From: Promethearchaeota archaeon
GTDB lineage: Archaea; Asgardarchaeota; Lokiarchaeia; Sigyniarchaeales; SOKP01
Direction of reading: 5' to 3'
Assembly (NCBI GenBank): GCA_029838195.1
Contig: JALGVJ010000005.1
Coordinates: 64,001-128,000, forward strand
Length of the DNA stretch: 64,000 bases
The position numbers were made by a program, and so were the translations under genes. The notes under the pieces are model-generated. The model ran no database searches, was not told the origin of the DNA, and saw only the letters and a program-made list of their open reading frames with translations. Positions 47,074 to 56,847 of this stretch are shown here, in pieces (the first letter of the stretch is position 1; each line of letters begins with the position of its first letter).

Positions 47074-49574
47074 TTAGCTCATTGGGAGTTTTTCCAGAAA
47101 ATCCATGTGAATTTAGTGTTGAATTCATAAGGCGCATGAGAAATCATCCGGATGTAATTCAAATTCCTTCTTCTCGTCAAGTATTATCCATTCCAAAATT
47201 AATTCTTTCAAGATTTTTTCGGAGAGGGTGCATAACACCTCAAGATTTTATAGATATAAGCATTGTAACATCTTTTCCTGATAATCAAGAACTCGCTAAA
47301 AAAATTGCTTTTGAAATTTTATTTCCAAATTATAACAAGGATGTAATAGGAGCTTTTTTCCAAAACGAGCAGGAATTGGAAGAGTTTGAAGATTTTATAT
47401 CTCCTTCCCAAAAAGATGAATTAGATCAATTGCAAACCTTGATTGATGAGATTGAAGCTTCTAAAGCGGTAAATGTTGATTTAATCGAACAAATGGAAAA
47501 TTTTCTTAATGAACTGGAAGAAAAAAAGAATTTAGAACCGATTAAATCAGCATTAAATTATTTTGAGGGTGATGCGGATTTATTCAAGGAACAAATCACG
47601 TCCATAGAGCAATTATTAGAAGAAGCAAGAAGACGATTAGCTCAAAAGATTAATTCTTTAGAACCGCCTGATTTAAAAGCAGCAAAGGAATTAAATTTGA
47701 ATGATTTAATTCAAGAGAAATCCTTAAGACAATGGGAAAAATTAACCAGTAAGGCTCTAAGTAACGAAAATATTGATTCTGATTTAAATGAATTATTAAA
47801 ATCAGGAAAATTTGACGATTTGATTCAATCTATGAAATTTTTAAAAGAAACAGGCGCTATTTCTCGAGAAAAAATACAAGAATTAATGAATAACTTAAAA
47901 GATAAAATCAATAATTTAGATCAATTATTTAATGCTTCAAAAAATCTTGGAGAAGTTCCTGATTTTGATTTAGAGAAGATAATTGAAAACTCTTTGAAAA
48001 ATTTTGATTTTGAACACAATTTTAATTTAGCAAATGCCTTGGATCAGTTTTTCGGGACCAACATGAGGAATCCACTCTTAGATAAATTAAATGAGAACAT
48101 GAATACTCTGGAGATGAAACCTCTTTCTCTTGAAATGCTTTCAAAAGCCGCTTTAGCAAATAAATCATGGAAGGAACTTTTTGATAAAGCGCTTCAAAAA
48201 GCAGTTGAGAATGCAATACAACAAGACAAGAAATTTGAAGCCTTTAAATCCTTATCACATCAATTACAACAATTAGCAAATTCATGTTCAAACATTCATT
48301 GTAGCCAAAAGATCGCTCAAAAAATACCGGAGATGATAAAAAAAACGTTAGAATCTTGTGAAAATCCAAACCAATTAAAAAATTCTATCGAATTTTTGAG
48401 AAATATTGGATTACAACCGAATCCTAAAGATATTGAACAAATCGGTAAAAAGTTAAACATGCCTGAGGAAGAGATCTATGAATTAATCGAACCGAATTAT
48501 CAATTATTAAAGAAACTCATAGATAAAAATGTTCAAGATTTCAATAGACTGAGCAATCTCATAAATCAAATTAAAGATCAATTGAATGAGGAGAGAATTA
48601 ACGACCTTTTAAAAAGTGCTTTAGCATCCAATAATAGAGACGCAATGGCAGCACTGGGACATTTTGATTTAGAAAAAGCTTTAAAAGGAGCAAATAAAAT
48701 CGGAGGAAATGAAGGGATGAATGAAGTTATCGGCTCGCTACAAGCAGGTAGCGGAGAGAATCTTTTGAAACAATGGTTCATTCACAGACAAAATATCCCT
48801 CCTAAAGCAAAAGAAAAGGTAAAAGCTTTAGCAAAAAAGATTTTAATAGATTTAGGGATTTATTATTCAAGAGCGAGGTTAGGATCGGCGGTTTCTGGTC
48901 CTATTCCCATCAATGTAGTGAGACCTTTAACCATTGGGGATGATTATGATAATATCGATTTAGAAGAAACCATCAATAATATATTAGAAAAGGGAAAAAG
49001 ATTAGAACACATTGATTATGATGATTTTTTCGTTTTTGAGACCGCAAAAGGATTGCGTAGTGCTTGTTTTGAATTGGATATTTCTGGAAGCATGTCAGGA
49101 GAAAAATTGGCGTATATGGGAATTTGTATAACCATGCTGGTATATGGCATGAAAAAAGATGATTTGGCCATTACATTTTTTGAGTCAAATACTCACGTAT
49201 TAAAAGAAATGAAGCAAAAAATTGATTTAGAGGAGTTAGCAGATGAATTATTATCCGTATCAGCAAGAGGAGGAACCCGTCTTAAGGCAGCTCTTGATTT
49301 TGCAATAAGACAATTTAAAGAAAATGCATTTTCCCGGGAAAAACTAAATGTTCTTTTTACGGACGCTGAAATTTATGATATAAAAGAAGTCGCAGAAGAT
49401 TTAAGGATACTTCGCTCGATGGGAGTTGATTTTATCTTAGTCTGTCCAGAAACACAATATAATTTAAAAGAAGCGGAGAAAATGGTAAAAATAGCGGGAG
49501 GACAATTATTAATCATTTCTGATTGGAATAATTTTCCAAATTTGATTGCGGATATTATTAAATCAAAATTTTAA
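47070..49574 (+). CDS. VWA (CoxE-like) domain protein
   Basis: IDLEETI, MIDAS DISGSM, GGT, FTD; overlaps the MoxR stop. Confidence 0.88.
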   Translation: MISSLGVFPENPCEFSVEFIRRMRNHPDVIQIPSSRQVLSIPKLILSRFFRRGCITPQDFIDISIVTSFPDNQELAKKIAFEILFPNYNKDVIGAFFQNEQELEEFEDFISPSQKDELDQLQTLIDEIEASKAVNVDLIEQMENFLNELEEKKNLEPIKSALNYFEGDADLFKEQITSIEQLLEEARRRLAQKINSLEPPDLKAAKELNLNDLIQEKSLRQWEKLTSKALSNENIDSDLNELLKSGKFDDLIQSMKFLKETGAISREKIQELMNNLKDKINNLDQLFNASKNLGEVPDFDLEKIIENSLKNFDFEHNFNLANALDQFFGTNMRNPLLDKLNENMNTLEMKPLSLEMLSKAALANKSWKELFDKALQKAVENAIQQDKKFEAFKSLSHQLQQLANSCSNIHCSQKIAQKIPEMIKKTLESCENPNQLKNSIEFLRNIGLQPNPKDIEQIGKKLNMPEEEIYELIEPNYQLLKKLIDKNVQDFNRLSNLINQIKDQLNEERINDLLKSALASNNRDAMAALGHFDLEKALKGANKIGGNEGMNEVIGSLQAGSGENLLKQWFIHRQNIPPKAKEKVKALAKKILIDLGIYYSRARLGSAVSGPIPINVVRPLTIGDDYDNIDLEETINNILEKGKRLEHIDYDDFFVFETAKGLRSACFELDISGSMSGEKLAYMGICITMLVYGMKKDDLAITFFESNTHVLKEMKQKIDLEELADELLSVSARGGTRLKAALDFAIRQFKENAFSREKLNVLFTDAEIYDIKEVAEDLRILRSMGVDFILVCPETQYNLKEAEKMVKIAGGQLLIISDWNNFPNLIADIIKSKF

Positions 49575-49580
49575 ACAAAA

Positions 49581-51932
49581 ATGTCTGAAGAAAAATTAAA
49601 AGAACAAATTATAGAAAGATTTGGAACTAATTTATATCAGAAAGTTAAAGATTTTCCAAAAAATAAGATAAATATTCTTTATTATAAGACATCTCCTTTA
49701 AAAATTAGAAGTATCATACTTGATAATGAACGGGAATTTCATCTCATTATAGACGAGAAAAAGGGAGAAATATTCCATGATTGTCCTTCCTTTTTAATTT
49801 ATCCCGAAATAAATAAAAAAATCTGTGTTCATTTACTAAAAATACTTTCCATAATAAATGAAAATTTGGCTCTTAATGTACTGAAAAATATTGAAAAATA
49901 CAATCTTACCCATGAGGACTATGGATCTCGGAAAAAGAGTAAGAATTACCTATTATTAGCGAATAGCTGTATAAGTGAAAATAATTTAATCGAAGGCTTA
50001 AGTTTTCTGAATAAGGCGATTATAAATCAAAAAAAATGTCGTAATATTATTAATAGATATTTATTAATTTCAATTAATAATAATCTTTTCCTTGAGTTTT
50101 TTAATTTTTTAGAATATGGATTAGAAAATGATTTGGGAGAATTTTTTATCCCTCATGAAGAAGTCATTAAGAATGGATTTCAAAAATTCTTGAATTCTGT
50201 TTCAAGATATTCTTTTTATGATATCCTTCAAATACTTCATTCTATTGATGAAATTTTTGAATTTGGATATCTTTTTTTGATTGAGGAAAATTTTACCAAG
50301 ATTAAAAAAATGAATTCAAGTCCAAATTTTAAAGAAAAGTACTTCTCTTTTTACATTATTAAAAAAAATATTAACAATATTCGGAATTATTATCTTGATT
50401 TTAACGAACAAAAATTTATAGATGATTTAAACACCTTCAAAGAAGATTTAATACGTTATTTTTTGAGCCAAATTGAAAATTTTTGCCTAATAGACACGTT
50501 AAAATTCATGAAAAATCATTTTAAAATTTTTCAAGTTCCGAAAAATAGATTTCAAGGGGAATATTCTAAATATAAACGAGAATTAAAAGAATTAGAACGA
50601 AAGCTTTATTTGAAAAAATTTGCTTTTTTAAAAGTCTTAATTGAACAACATGCTTTAAATAAAACGAATGCTAATTTTCGGAAAAAGCGAAATACCTATG
50701 TAATTTCGCATGATCCCGCGAATATAGAAAAACCAGTTTATCATTATATCTTATCTCGAATTGGTTTTCTTGGAATCAAAGAATTAACCATTAAATCATC
50801 TGAAATAGGGTATAATTATTATATTTTTAAAGAATTATTTTCTGATAATTTAACTGCCTATTCAGACATAATGTATTATAAAAATCAATTTTGGGGTGAA
50901 GAAGATAAATATACAATTAATACCTTGGATGGGTACGCATTGCTTTCCAAAATCAACAGCTATAATTATCAATTAGACCAACAATTTTCAGATATCAATG
51001 ATATTATTATAATTGAATGGGACTTAGTAAACAAACCCATTCAAGGAAGTATCGTCCAGGCGTATGGAAATCAAATTATTATTCCTGATATAAATAATCC
51101 TTTATTTTTCGATATAAAACCATTTGATTTATGCTATTGTAAAAAGAAACCGGTAAAAATCGAAGCTAATATCATAAAATCAGTAAACGTGATTAGTAAA
51201 TGTTCATTTGAGGACGCTATTAAAAGCATTCAAAAAGGAATGGAGTGTATCGAAGGATTTTATCCCCTTTCTCTTGTTAGGAAGGTGATTCAAAAAGAAA
51301 TAAGCCTTTTTAAGGCTTTTAAATTAGTTATAAGAAATCCTAATAGAAAATTTATTCCGAACTATGATAAATTTGTTTTAGCTTTTAAAAAATTTTTAAT
51401 AGAATTCATTGAAGAAGAGAAAGAGTATATCTTCAATGAATTAAAAAACGATTTGGAAGAGAAAACAGACCAATTATTAATAATTCTGGACCTAAAAAGA
51501 GAATTAGAGGGGTTAAACATTGATTTTTCCGAAATTATAAAAAAAATACCAAAAGAAGATTTAGATTTAAAATCTTTTAAAATAACGTTTATTAAGGAAG
51601 TTCATGCTTTTATCGAGAATCTATTAAAAGAAAGGAAAATAGGCGCTACAAACATTTTTAAGTTAAGTAAAATGCGAAATACTCCATTTTCGAAGTATTT
51701 TAAAGAAATCTTGAAAATCAGAAAGGAAGAATTTGAAAATTCAAAAATTTTACATGAAAATTCAAATTATGATTTATCGTTAGTAAAAAATACTTATTAT
51801 GGTCAAAAAATAATGGAATTATTGGGGATAGAGAGAAAAGAAATTATTAATGATAAAATATATGATAAATTCGTGAATTTAGCCTCCACATTAAACTTAA
51901 AACCACGCGTGGTAGAAAAAAACCATGGTTAA
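49581..51932 (+). CDS. Large protein with N-terminal SWIM-like zinc finger
   Basis: HDCPSF...KICVHL (SWIM-like, first ligand His) followed by a helical region. Confidence 0.65.
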   Translation: MSEEKLKEQIIERFGTNLYQKVKDFPKNKINILYYKTSPLKIRSIILDNEREFHLIIDEKKGEIFHDCPSFLIYPEINKKICVHLLKILSIINENLALNVLKNIEKYNLTHEDYGSRKKSKNYLLLANSCISENNLIEGLSFLNKAIINQKKCRNIINRYLLISINNNLFLEFFNFLEYGLENDLGEFFIPHEEVIKNGFQKFLNSVSRYSFYDILQILHSIDEIFEFGYLFLIEENFTKIKKMNSSPNFKEKYFSFYIIKKNINNIRNYYLDFNEQKFIDDLNTFKEDLIRYFLSQIENFCLIDTLKFMKNHFKIFQVPKNRFQGEYSKYKRELKELERKLYLKKFAFLKVLIEQHALNKTNANFRKKRNTYVISHDPANIEKPVYHYILSRIGFLGIKELTIKSSEIGYNYYIFKELFSDNLTAYSDIMYYKNQFWGEEDKYTINTLDGYALLSKINSYNYQLDQQFSDINDIIIIEWDLVNKPIQGSIVQAYGNQIIIPDINNPLFFDIKPFDLCYCKKKPVKIEANIIKSVNVISKCSFEDAIKSIQKGMECIEGFYPLSLVRKVIQKEISLFKAFKLVIRNPNRKFIPNYDKFVLAFKKFLIEFIEEEKEYIFNELKNDLEEKTDQLLIILDLKRELEGLNIDFSEIIKKIPKEDLDLKSFKITFIKEVHAFIENLLKERKIGATNIFKLSKMRNTPFSKYFKEILKIRKEEFENSKILHENSNYDLSLVKNTYYGQKIMELLGIERKEIINDKIYDKFVNLASTLNLKPRVVEKNHG

Positions 51933-53095
51933 TTTCCCTTACTTTGTCTTTTTTTTTTGAAATTTTCAAAAATTTTATCAAAAAAGTTTAAATAAATTTG
52001 AATACTTTTTAAATATTCTTCAATTTCAATATACTCTTCTTGAGTGTGTTCTAATTTAGGATCCCCGGGGCCATAAGTGATAGAAGGGATATTCTTAGCA
52101 GGTGCAATTAAATTGATCATTGTGGTCCCTGTCTTTTTAATCATCTTTGGCTTTTTTTTAATAGTTTTGAATATTGCCCATCTTAATGCTCCTATAATTA
52201 ATTTATCTCCCTCAAAATCATAACCATTAACTAAACTCAAGATTTTTGCATTAATTTTAATGGTACTATCAGAATTTTTTTCGTAAATCTGCTTAAGATT
52301 ATCAACATTATTCAGAATTAGGGTCAAAATATCATCAGCATCAATTCCTGGAGGAAATCTAATATCAACAGTTAATAAGCATTTAGCCGGAACAGTATTA
52401 GTTAATTCTCCTCCAAATATTTGAGTTATATTGGGAATAATTTGATTGAAATATTTTAGATTTGAATTAGCATCATATTTTTCATATTTTTGGTTTAGTT
52501 CCGTGCAAATCCTCAGAATTATTTTCCAAATTTCAAGACAAATAGTTATTGAGTTATGAAATAACCATGCACTAGCTACATGGCCGGATTCAGTTATAAC
52601 TTTAAATTCAATGCATAACCTCCCTTTATAACCCGTACAAAATTGATCAATTTTCGTTGGTTCTCCAAAAATCGCATAATCTGCATGAATCGGAGAATTC
52701 ATGAATTCTTTTATTCCTATCAAGCTATCTTCTTCTCTTACAATTCCCACAAACGTGAAAGTACCAGAATTTTCTTCTTGAAAATCATATTTTGAAATCG
52801 AATATACCATGCTGGCAAGAGAAGATTTACAATCCACCGCTCCCCTCCCATAGATTTTTCTTTCCTTTTCAATGATAGGTAATTCCCCGGGAATAGTATC
52901 TAAATGAGAAATAAGCAATATTTTTGGCTTTCCAGAGCCTTTCTCAGCAATTAAATTTCCGATTTTATCAAATTGTACCTTAAAATTATTCTTTTTTAGA
53001 AAATCGGCTATAAAAAGAGAAAAATCTTGCTCTTTCCCCGAGGGGCTGTAAATTTGAAGGCATTGTTTTAAAAATAAAATAGCATCCTCATTCAT
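51929..53095 (-). CDS. lysK: [LysW]-lysine/ornithine hydrolase (M20 family)
   Basis: YSPSGKE, HLDTIPG, GRGAVDCK, REE, YGPGD..LEHT; in the lysXZ operon. Confidence 0.85.
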   Translation of the reverse strand: MNEDAILFLKQCLQIYSPSGKEQDFSLFIADFLKKNNFKVQFDKIGNLIAEKGSGKPKILLISHLDTIPGELPIIEKERKIYGRGAVDCKSSLASMVYSISKYDFQEENSGTFTFVGIVREEDSLIGIKEFMNSPIHADYAIFGEPTKIDQFCTGYKGRLCIEFKVITESGHVASAWLFHNSITICLEIWKIILRICTELNQKYEKYDANSNLKYFNQIIPNITQIFGGELTNTVPAKCLLTVDIRFPPGIDADDILTLILNNVDNLKQIYEKNSDSTIKINAKILSLVNGYDFEGDKLIIGALRWAIFKTIKKKPKMIKKTGTTMINLIAPAKNIPSITYGPGDPKLEHTQEEYIEIEEYLKSIQIYLNFFDKIFENFKKKRQSKGN

Positions 53096-53927
53096 TAATT
53101 ATCACGGTTCCTTTTTCTTGTTCTATTGCATCAAATAATGGAGATTCTCTTAAACCCGAACAAATTATAATTTTTTTTACACCTAAATTTATTGCTTCTA
53201 AGATTGCATGCGCTTTTTTTTTCATACCTCCTTTTAACTCATTAATTAAATTTTCCAATTGGTTTTTATTAATCTTTGAAATAAGACTCTTTTTATCATC
53301 GAAGTTTTTATAAATCCCCTCTACATCTGTAATGCTAATTAATAGATCCGCATTTAAAGCACTTGCGATATTAGCGGCAGCACGATCCCCATCAATATTC
53401 ACAATTTCACCTTCTTTACTCTTAGCAATGCTGCCTATAACGGGTAAATAGCCGGTATTAAGAAGAAATTCAAGAATTTCTGTATTCACCTCTATTACTT
53501 TTCCCGAATATTCTCCTCTCTTAATAATTCTTTTACCATTTACCAGAACCATTATTTTATCTTTTCTTTCAGCTAAGATAATACCTCCATCAAGTCCGGT
53601 AAGACCCACAGCATTTATCCCTTTTTTTTGTAAGGCTTCGACAATCCGTTTATTATTTAATCCTGCCAAGCTCATGATTACTGCATCAATAGTCTCTTGA
53701 TCCGTGTAGCGCGTTCTAAATCCTAAGGGCGTTTCAAAATATTTTGGTTTAAGATTTAATTTTACCAAGATTTCATCTATTTGAGGCCCTCCTCCATGGA
53801 CAATTAATATTTCATAGTTTTTTCCTGGATTCATTTTTATTTTTTCAAGATCATTCACGACATTTTGAAAATTTTTTGCTATTAATGCTCCTCCTATTTT
53901 TATTACAATTCTCATTTTTAGCGCCAT
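53088..53927 (-). CDS. lysZ: [LysW]-aminoadipate/glutamate kinase
   Basis: VIKIGG, VHGGG, RYTD, GLTGLDG, NIDGDRAA, GGMKKK. Confidence 0.88.
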   Translation of the reverse strand: MALKMRIVIKIGGALIAKNFQNVVNDLEKIKMNPGKNYEILIVHGGGPQIDEILVKLNLKPKYFETPLGFRTRYTDQETIDAVIMSLAGLNNKRIVEALQKKGINAVGLTGLDGGIILAERKDKIMVLVNGKRIIKRGEYSGKVIEVNTEILEFLLNTGYLPVIGSIAKSKEGEIVNIDGDRAAANIASALNADLLISITDVEGIYKNFDDKKSLISKINKNQLENLINELKGGMKKKAHAILEAINLGVKKIIICSGLRESPLFDAIEQEKGTVIINE

Positions 53928-53948
53928 GATAATTTTATTTCCATTAAT

Positions 53949-54821
53949 TTAAACGTGGTTTTCTATAATATAATCAACGATTTTCGAGGCTATGTTAATG
54001 CCAGTAGCCTCTGTAATACCTCTGAATTGGGGGGTTCCATTTATTTCAATAACCTTATAATCACCATTTTCTTTCATGATATCGATACCCAGAATTTCCC
54101 CGCCTATGACTCTTGCTGATTTTAAGCTTAATTCTTCTAATTCCCTTGTAAGTTCTATCGAATTTGCACTCCCTCCGATTGCGAGATTAGCTCTAAAATC
54201 TTGGTTTGGATGATATCTTCCCATGCCAGCAACACATTGATCACCAACTACAATGATCCTCAAATCCGTGGGTGTTTTTGACTCTTGTGTGGGATTTCCA
54301 ATGAAACGCTGTAAATAATAAATTTTTTGCCAAACATTCCCCATAATTTCTCTGCATTCTAAATTTGCCATAGCGGAATTATAATCATCCAATTTTGCTA
54401 TTAATCGTCCCCAGGAACCTATTATTGGCTTAATGACAACAGGAAAATTCAATTCTTCTTCTATAGCTTTTATCGACGCCTCTTTTGTAAAGGCAATACA
54501 TGTATTTGGGGTTGGAATATTATTTTCGACTAATTTTAAGGACGTCAATAATTTATTTCCGGTTAAATTCAAACATTCATGAGAATTTAGTACTCGATAC
54601 CCTTTTAATTCCAAAATCGCGGAGGCAAACAGACCTCTTATATGACTTAAAGAACGTTCCAAAAAAAGGTCATAGTTCTCTTCTAAATCTTTTTTCTTAG
54701 ATAAAGTAAAAAATACATTTTGATTGTTTATTAAATCAGATTTTACATGCCTTTTTTCAAATTCATTTACAATTTGTTTTATTTCCCACGTGATTCTATT
54801 CATTAAAATTGCAATTTTCAA
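53949..54821 (-). CDS. lysX: Alpha-aminoadipate/glutamate--LysW ligase (RimK-like ATP-grasp)
   Basis: KPIIGSWGRL (LysX/ArgX signature), FRANLAIGG, EING. Confidence 0.88.
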   Translation of the reverse strand: MKIAILMNRITWEIKQIVNEFEKRHVKSDLINNQNVFFTLSKKKDLEENYDLFLERSLSHIRGLFASAILELKGYRVLNSHECLNLTGNKLLTSLKLVENNIPTPNTCIAFTKEASIKAIEEELNFPVVIKPIIGSWGRLIAKLDDYNSAMANLECREIMGNVWQKIYYLQRFIGNPTQESKTPTDLRIIVVGDQCVAGMGRYHPNQDFRANLAIGGSANSIELTRELEELSLKSARVIGGEILGIDIMKENGDYKVIEINGTPQFRGITEATGINIASKIVDYIIENHV

Positions 54822-55072
54822 CGGAATGACCTCATTAAATAATAAAGATCTTAAAAAAGAAAACCAATTAAACGTTTGTATCTTAAGTTAAAAGTCATTG
54901 TAGCAAGGAGTTTGGATAGTGAGATAAATCTGAGAATCATTAAGGTATCGGAGTTGATTGCATAAAAATTCTTTTTTATATGACAGGAAAAAAATCTTGA
55001 AAGAAATGTAATGATTTTTTTAATTCATAAATGATTTTTACATTATAAGAAAATAAATTATTTAATAAAAAA

Positions 55073-56353
55073 ATGTTTCCCGAAAAACCTCAACATCCAT
55101 CGAAAGATATCCTCGAATCCGAAAGCACGATTTTAAGAGGAAAAACTATTTGCATGTGCATTACGGGTTCTGTGGCGGCTATCCAATCACCTATCATAGC
55201 GAGAGAATTAATGAGGTTAGGTGCTGAAGTCATTGCAGTAATGTCTAAAGCAGCGTGTAAATTAATAAATCCTACATTAATGCATTGGGCTACTGGAAAT
55301 CCTGTCATAACGGAATTGACAGGTGCCGTGGAACATGTTTATTTAGCGGGAGAAAGGCCTAAAGCTTTTGGCAAGGCAGATTTAATACTCGTGTGTCCAG
55401 CAACGGCAAATACGATCTCTAAGATAGCATGCGGGATCGATGATACACCTGTAACAACGGTGGTAACAACTGCGTTTGGTTCATCTCTCCCAATAATAGC
55501 ATGCCCGGCAGCCCATGAATCAATGTATCATCACCCCATTGTAGAAGAAAATATTAATAAATTGAGGAGTTTGGGAGTAGAAATATTAGGGCCAAGAATT
55601 TCTGAAGGAAAAGCGAAAATGGTTCGAATTAATACGATCATCGATCGCGTGATTGATCTTTTGATTTCTAAAAAAGATTTAAAGGGGAAAAAGATTCTTG
55701 TTACGGCTGGACCCAGTAGAGAGTATATTGACCAAATAAGATTTGTGAGTAATAATTCCAGTGGACGAATGGGAGTTGAAATTGCTAAAGAAGCGGCTGC
55801 TAGGGGAGGAGAAGTATTATTAATAGCGGGAAAGTGTTTAGTCAAGATACCAGAATATTTAAATACAATACACGTAATTTCTACAAATGATTTTATTAAA
55901 GCCGTAAAGGATGAATTAGGAACAAGAGATTATGATTTCTTTATTTGTGCTGCGGCGATTAGTGATTACACTCCAAATACCTGTATCAATGGAAAAATTT
56001 CTTCAGATGAGATGCAGGAATTAAAAATAAACATGAGATTAACTCCAAAAATCATAAATGAGGCTCGAAGAAAAAACCATAAAGTATTTATAGTGGCATT
56101 CAAGGCTGAAACGAATGTTTCTCGAAGTGAATTAATCGAACGGGCCTATAAGCGATTAAAAGAGTCCGATGCCAATTTGATTGTTGCTAATGATATAGGA
56201 AGAGAAGGAATCGGGTTTGAAAGCAAAGAGAATGAAGTTTATATCATAGACCCCAACAAGCGTGTAACACACGTAAAAAGACATTCTAAACGATACATTG
56301 CTTCAAGAATTATCGATATTGCACTAGAAAATTATAGGCTGTTAAATAAATAA
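55073..56353 (+). CDS. coaBC: Bifunctional phosphopantothenoylcysteine decarboxylase/ligase
   Basis: TGSVAA, PATANT, TAGPSREYID..RF.SN.SSG.MG, AAAISDY, FKAE, VAND. Confidence 0.95.
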   Translation: MFPEKPQHPSKDILESESTILRGKTICMCITGSVAAIQSPIIARELMRLGAEVIAVMSKAACKLINPTLMHWATGNPVITELTGAVEHVYLAGERPKAFGKADLILVCPATANTISKIACGIDDTPVTTVVTTAFGSSLPIIACPAAHESMYHHPIVEENINKLRSLGVEILGPRISEGKAKMVRINTIIDRVIDLLISKKDLKGKKILVTAGPSREYIDQIRFVSNNSSGRMGVEIAKEAAARGGEVLLIAGKCLVKIPEYLNTIHVISTNDFIKAVKDELGTRDYDFFICAAAISDYTPNTCINGKISSDEMQELKINMRLTPKIINEARRKNHKVFIVAFKAETNVSRSELIERAYKRLKESDANLIVANDIGREGIGFESKENEVYIIDPNKRVTHVKRHSKRYIASRIIDIALENYRLLNK

Positions 56354-56847
56354 TGGAAAATCACGCGCCTTCTTAAATATAAATTTTTCAAATCTTAAAT
56401 TAAAATTCGGATAAGCACAAGAATACATGTTAAATTTGAATATCACAGGATTTTGTGAGTAATAATTCCTAATTATGCAAATTTTGCTTGAATAAAAACG
56501 CTGACGAGTCAAGAATGATTTATAATCAAATTATTCCTCATTTATAACTAACTAATTCTGCGAAATAAAGGAAAATTTTACCATATAAATTTTTTGATTA
56601 ATATTTAGGCTCTAAATCAAAACGAGTAAAATTTTTTACCGATTAGATATGGTATTAATTTAATAATGAAAAAAACATGAAAAATGGAGGAACTCATCAC
56701 GAATTCCAAGTCATAGTTCGAAATAATTTATTTTTAAACCAAAAGTTTAAATAAGAATTCAATCTCTGTAAAATCTGAAAATTTAATGAAATTTTATTGA
56801 TCTTTAAATAAAGCGTTTTTAATACATGTAAAACAACTAATAGGAGC

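Noticed and set aside
54822-55072. lysW carrier gene upstream of lysX
   Set aside because: No CxxC pairs or EDWGE C-terminus seen in the frames read
56499-56570. CTGACGAG as a hammerhead ribozyme core
   Set aside because: No GAAA directly after a stem II and no closing stems found
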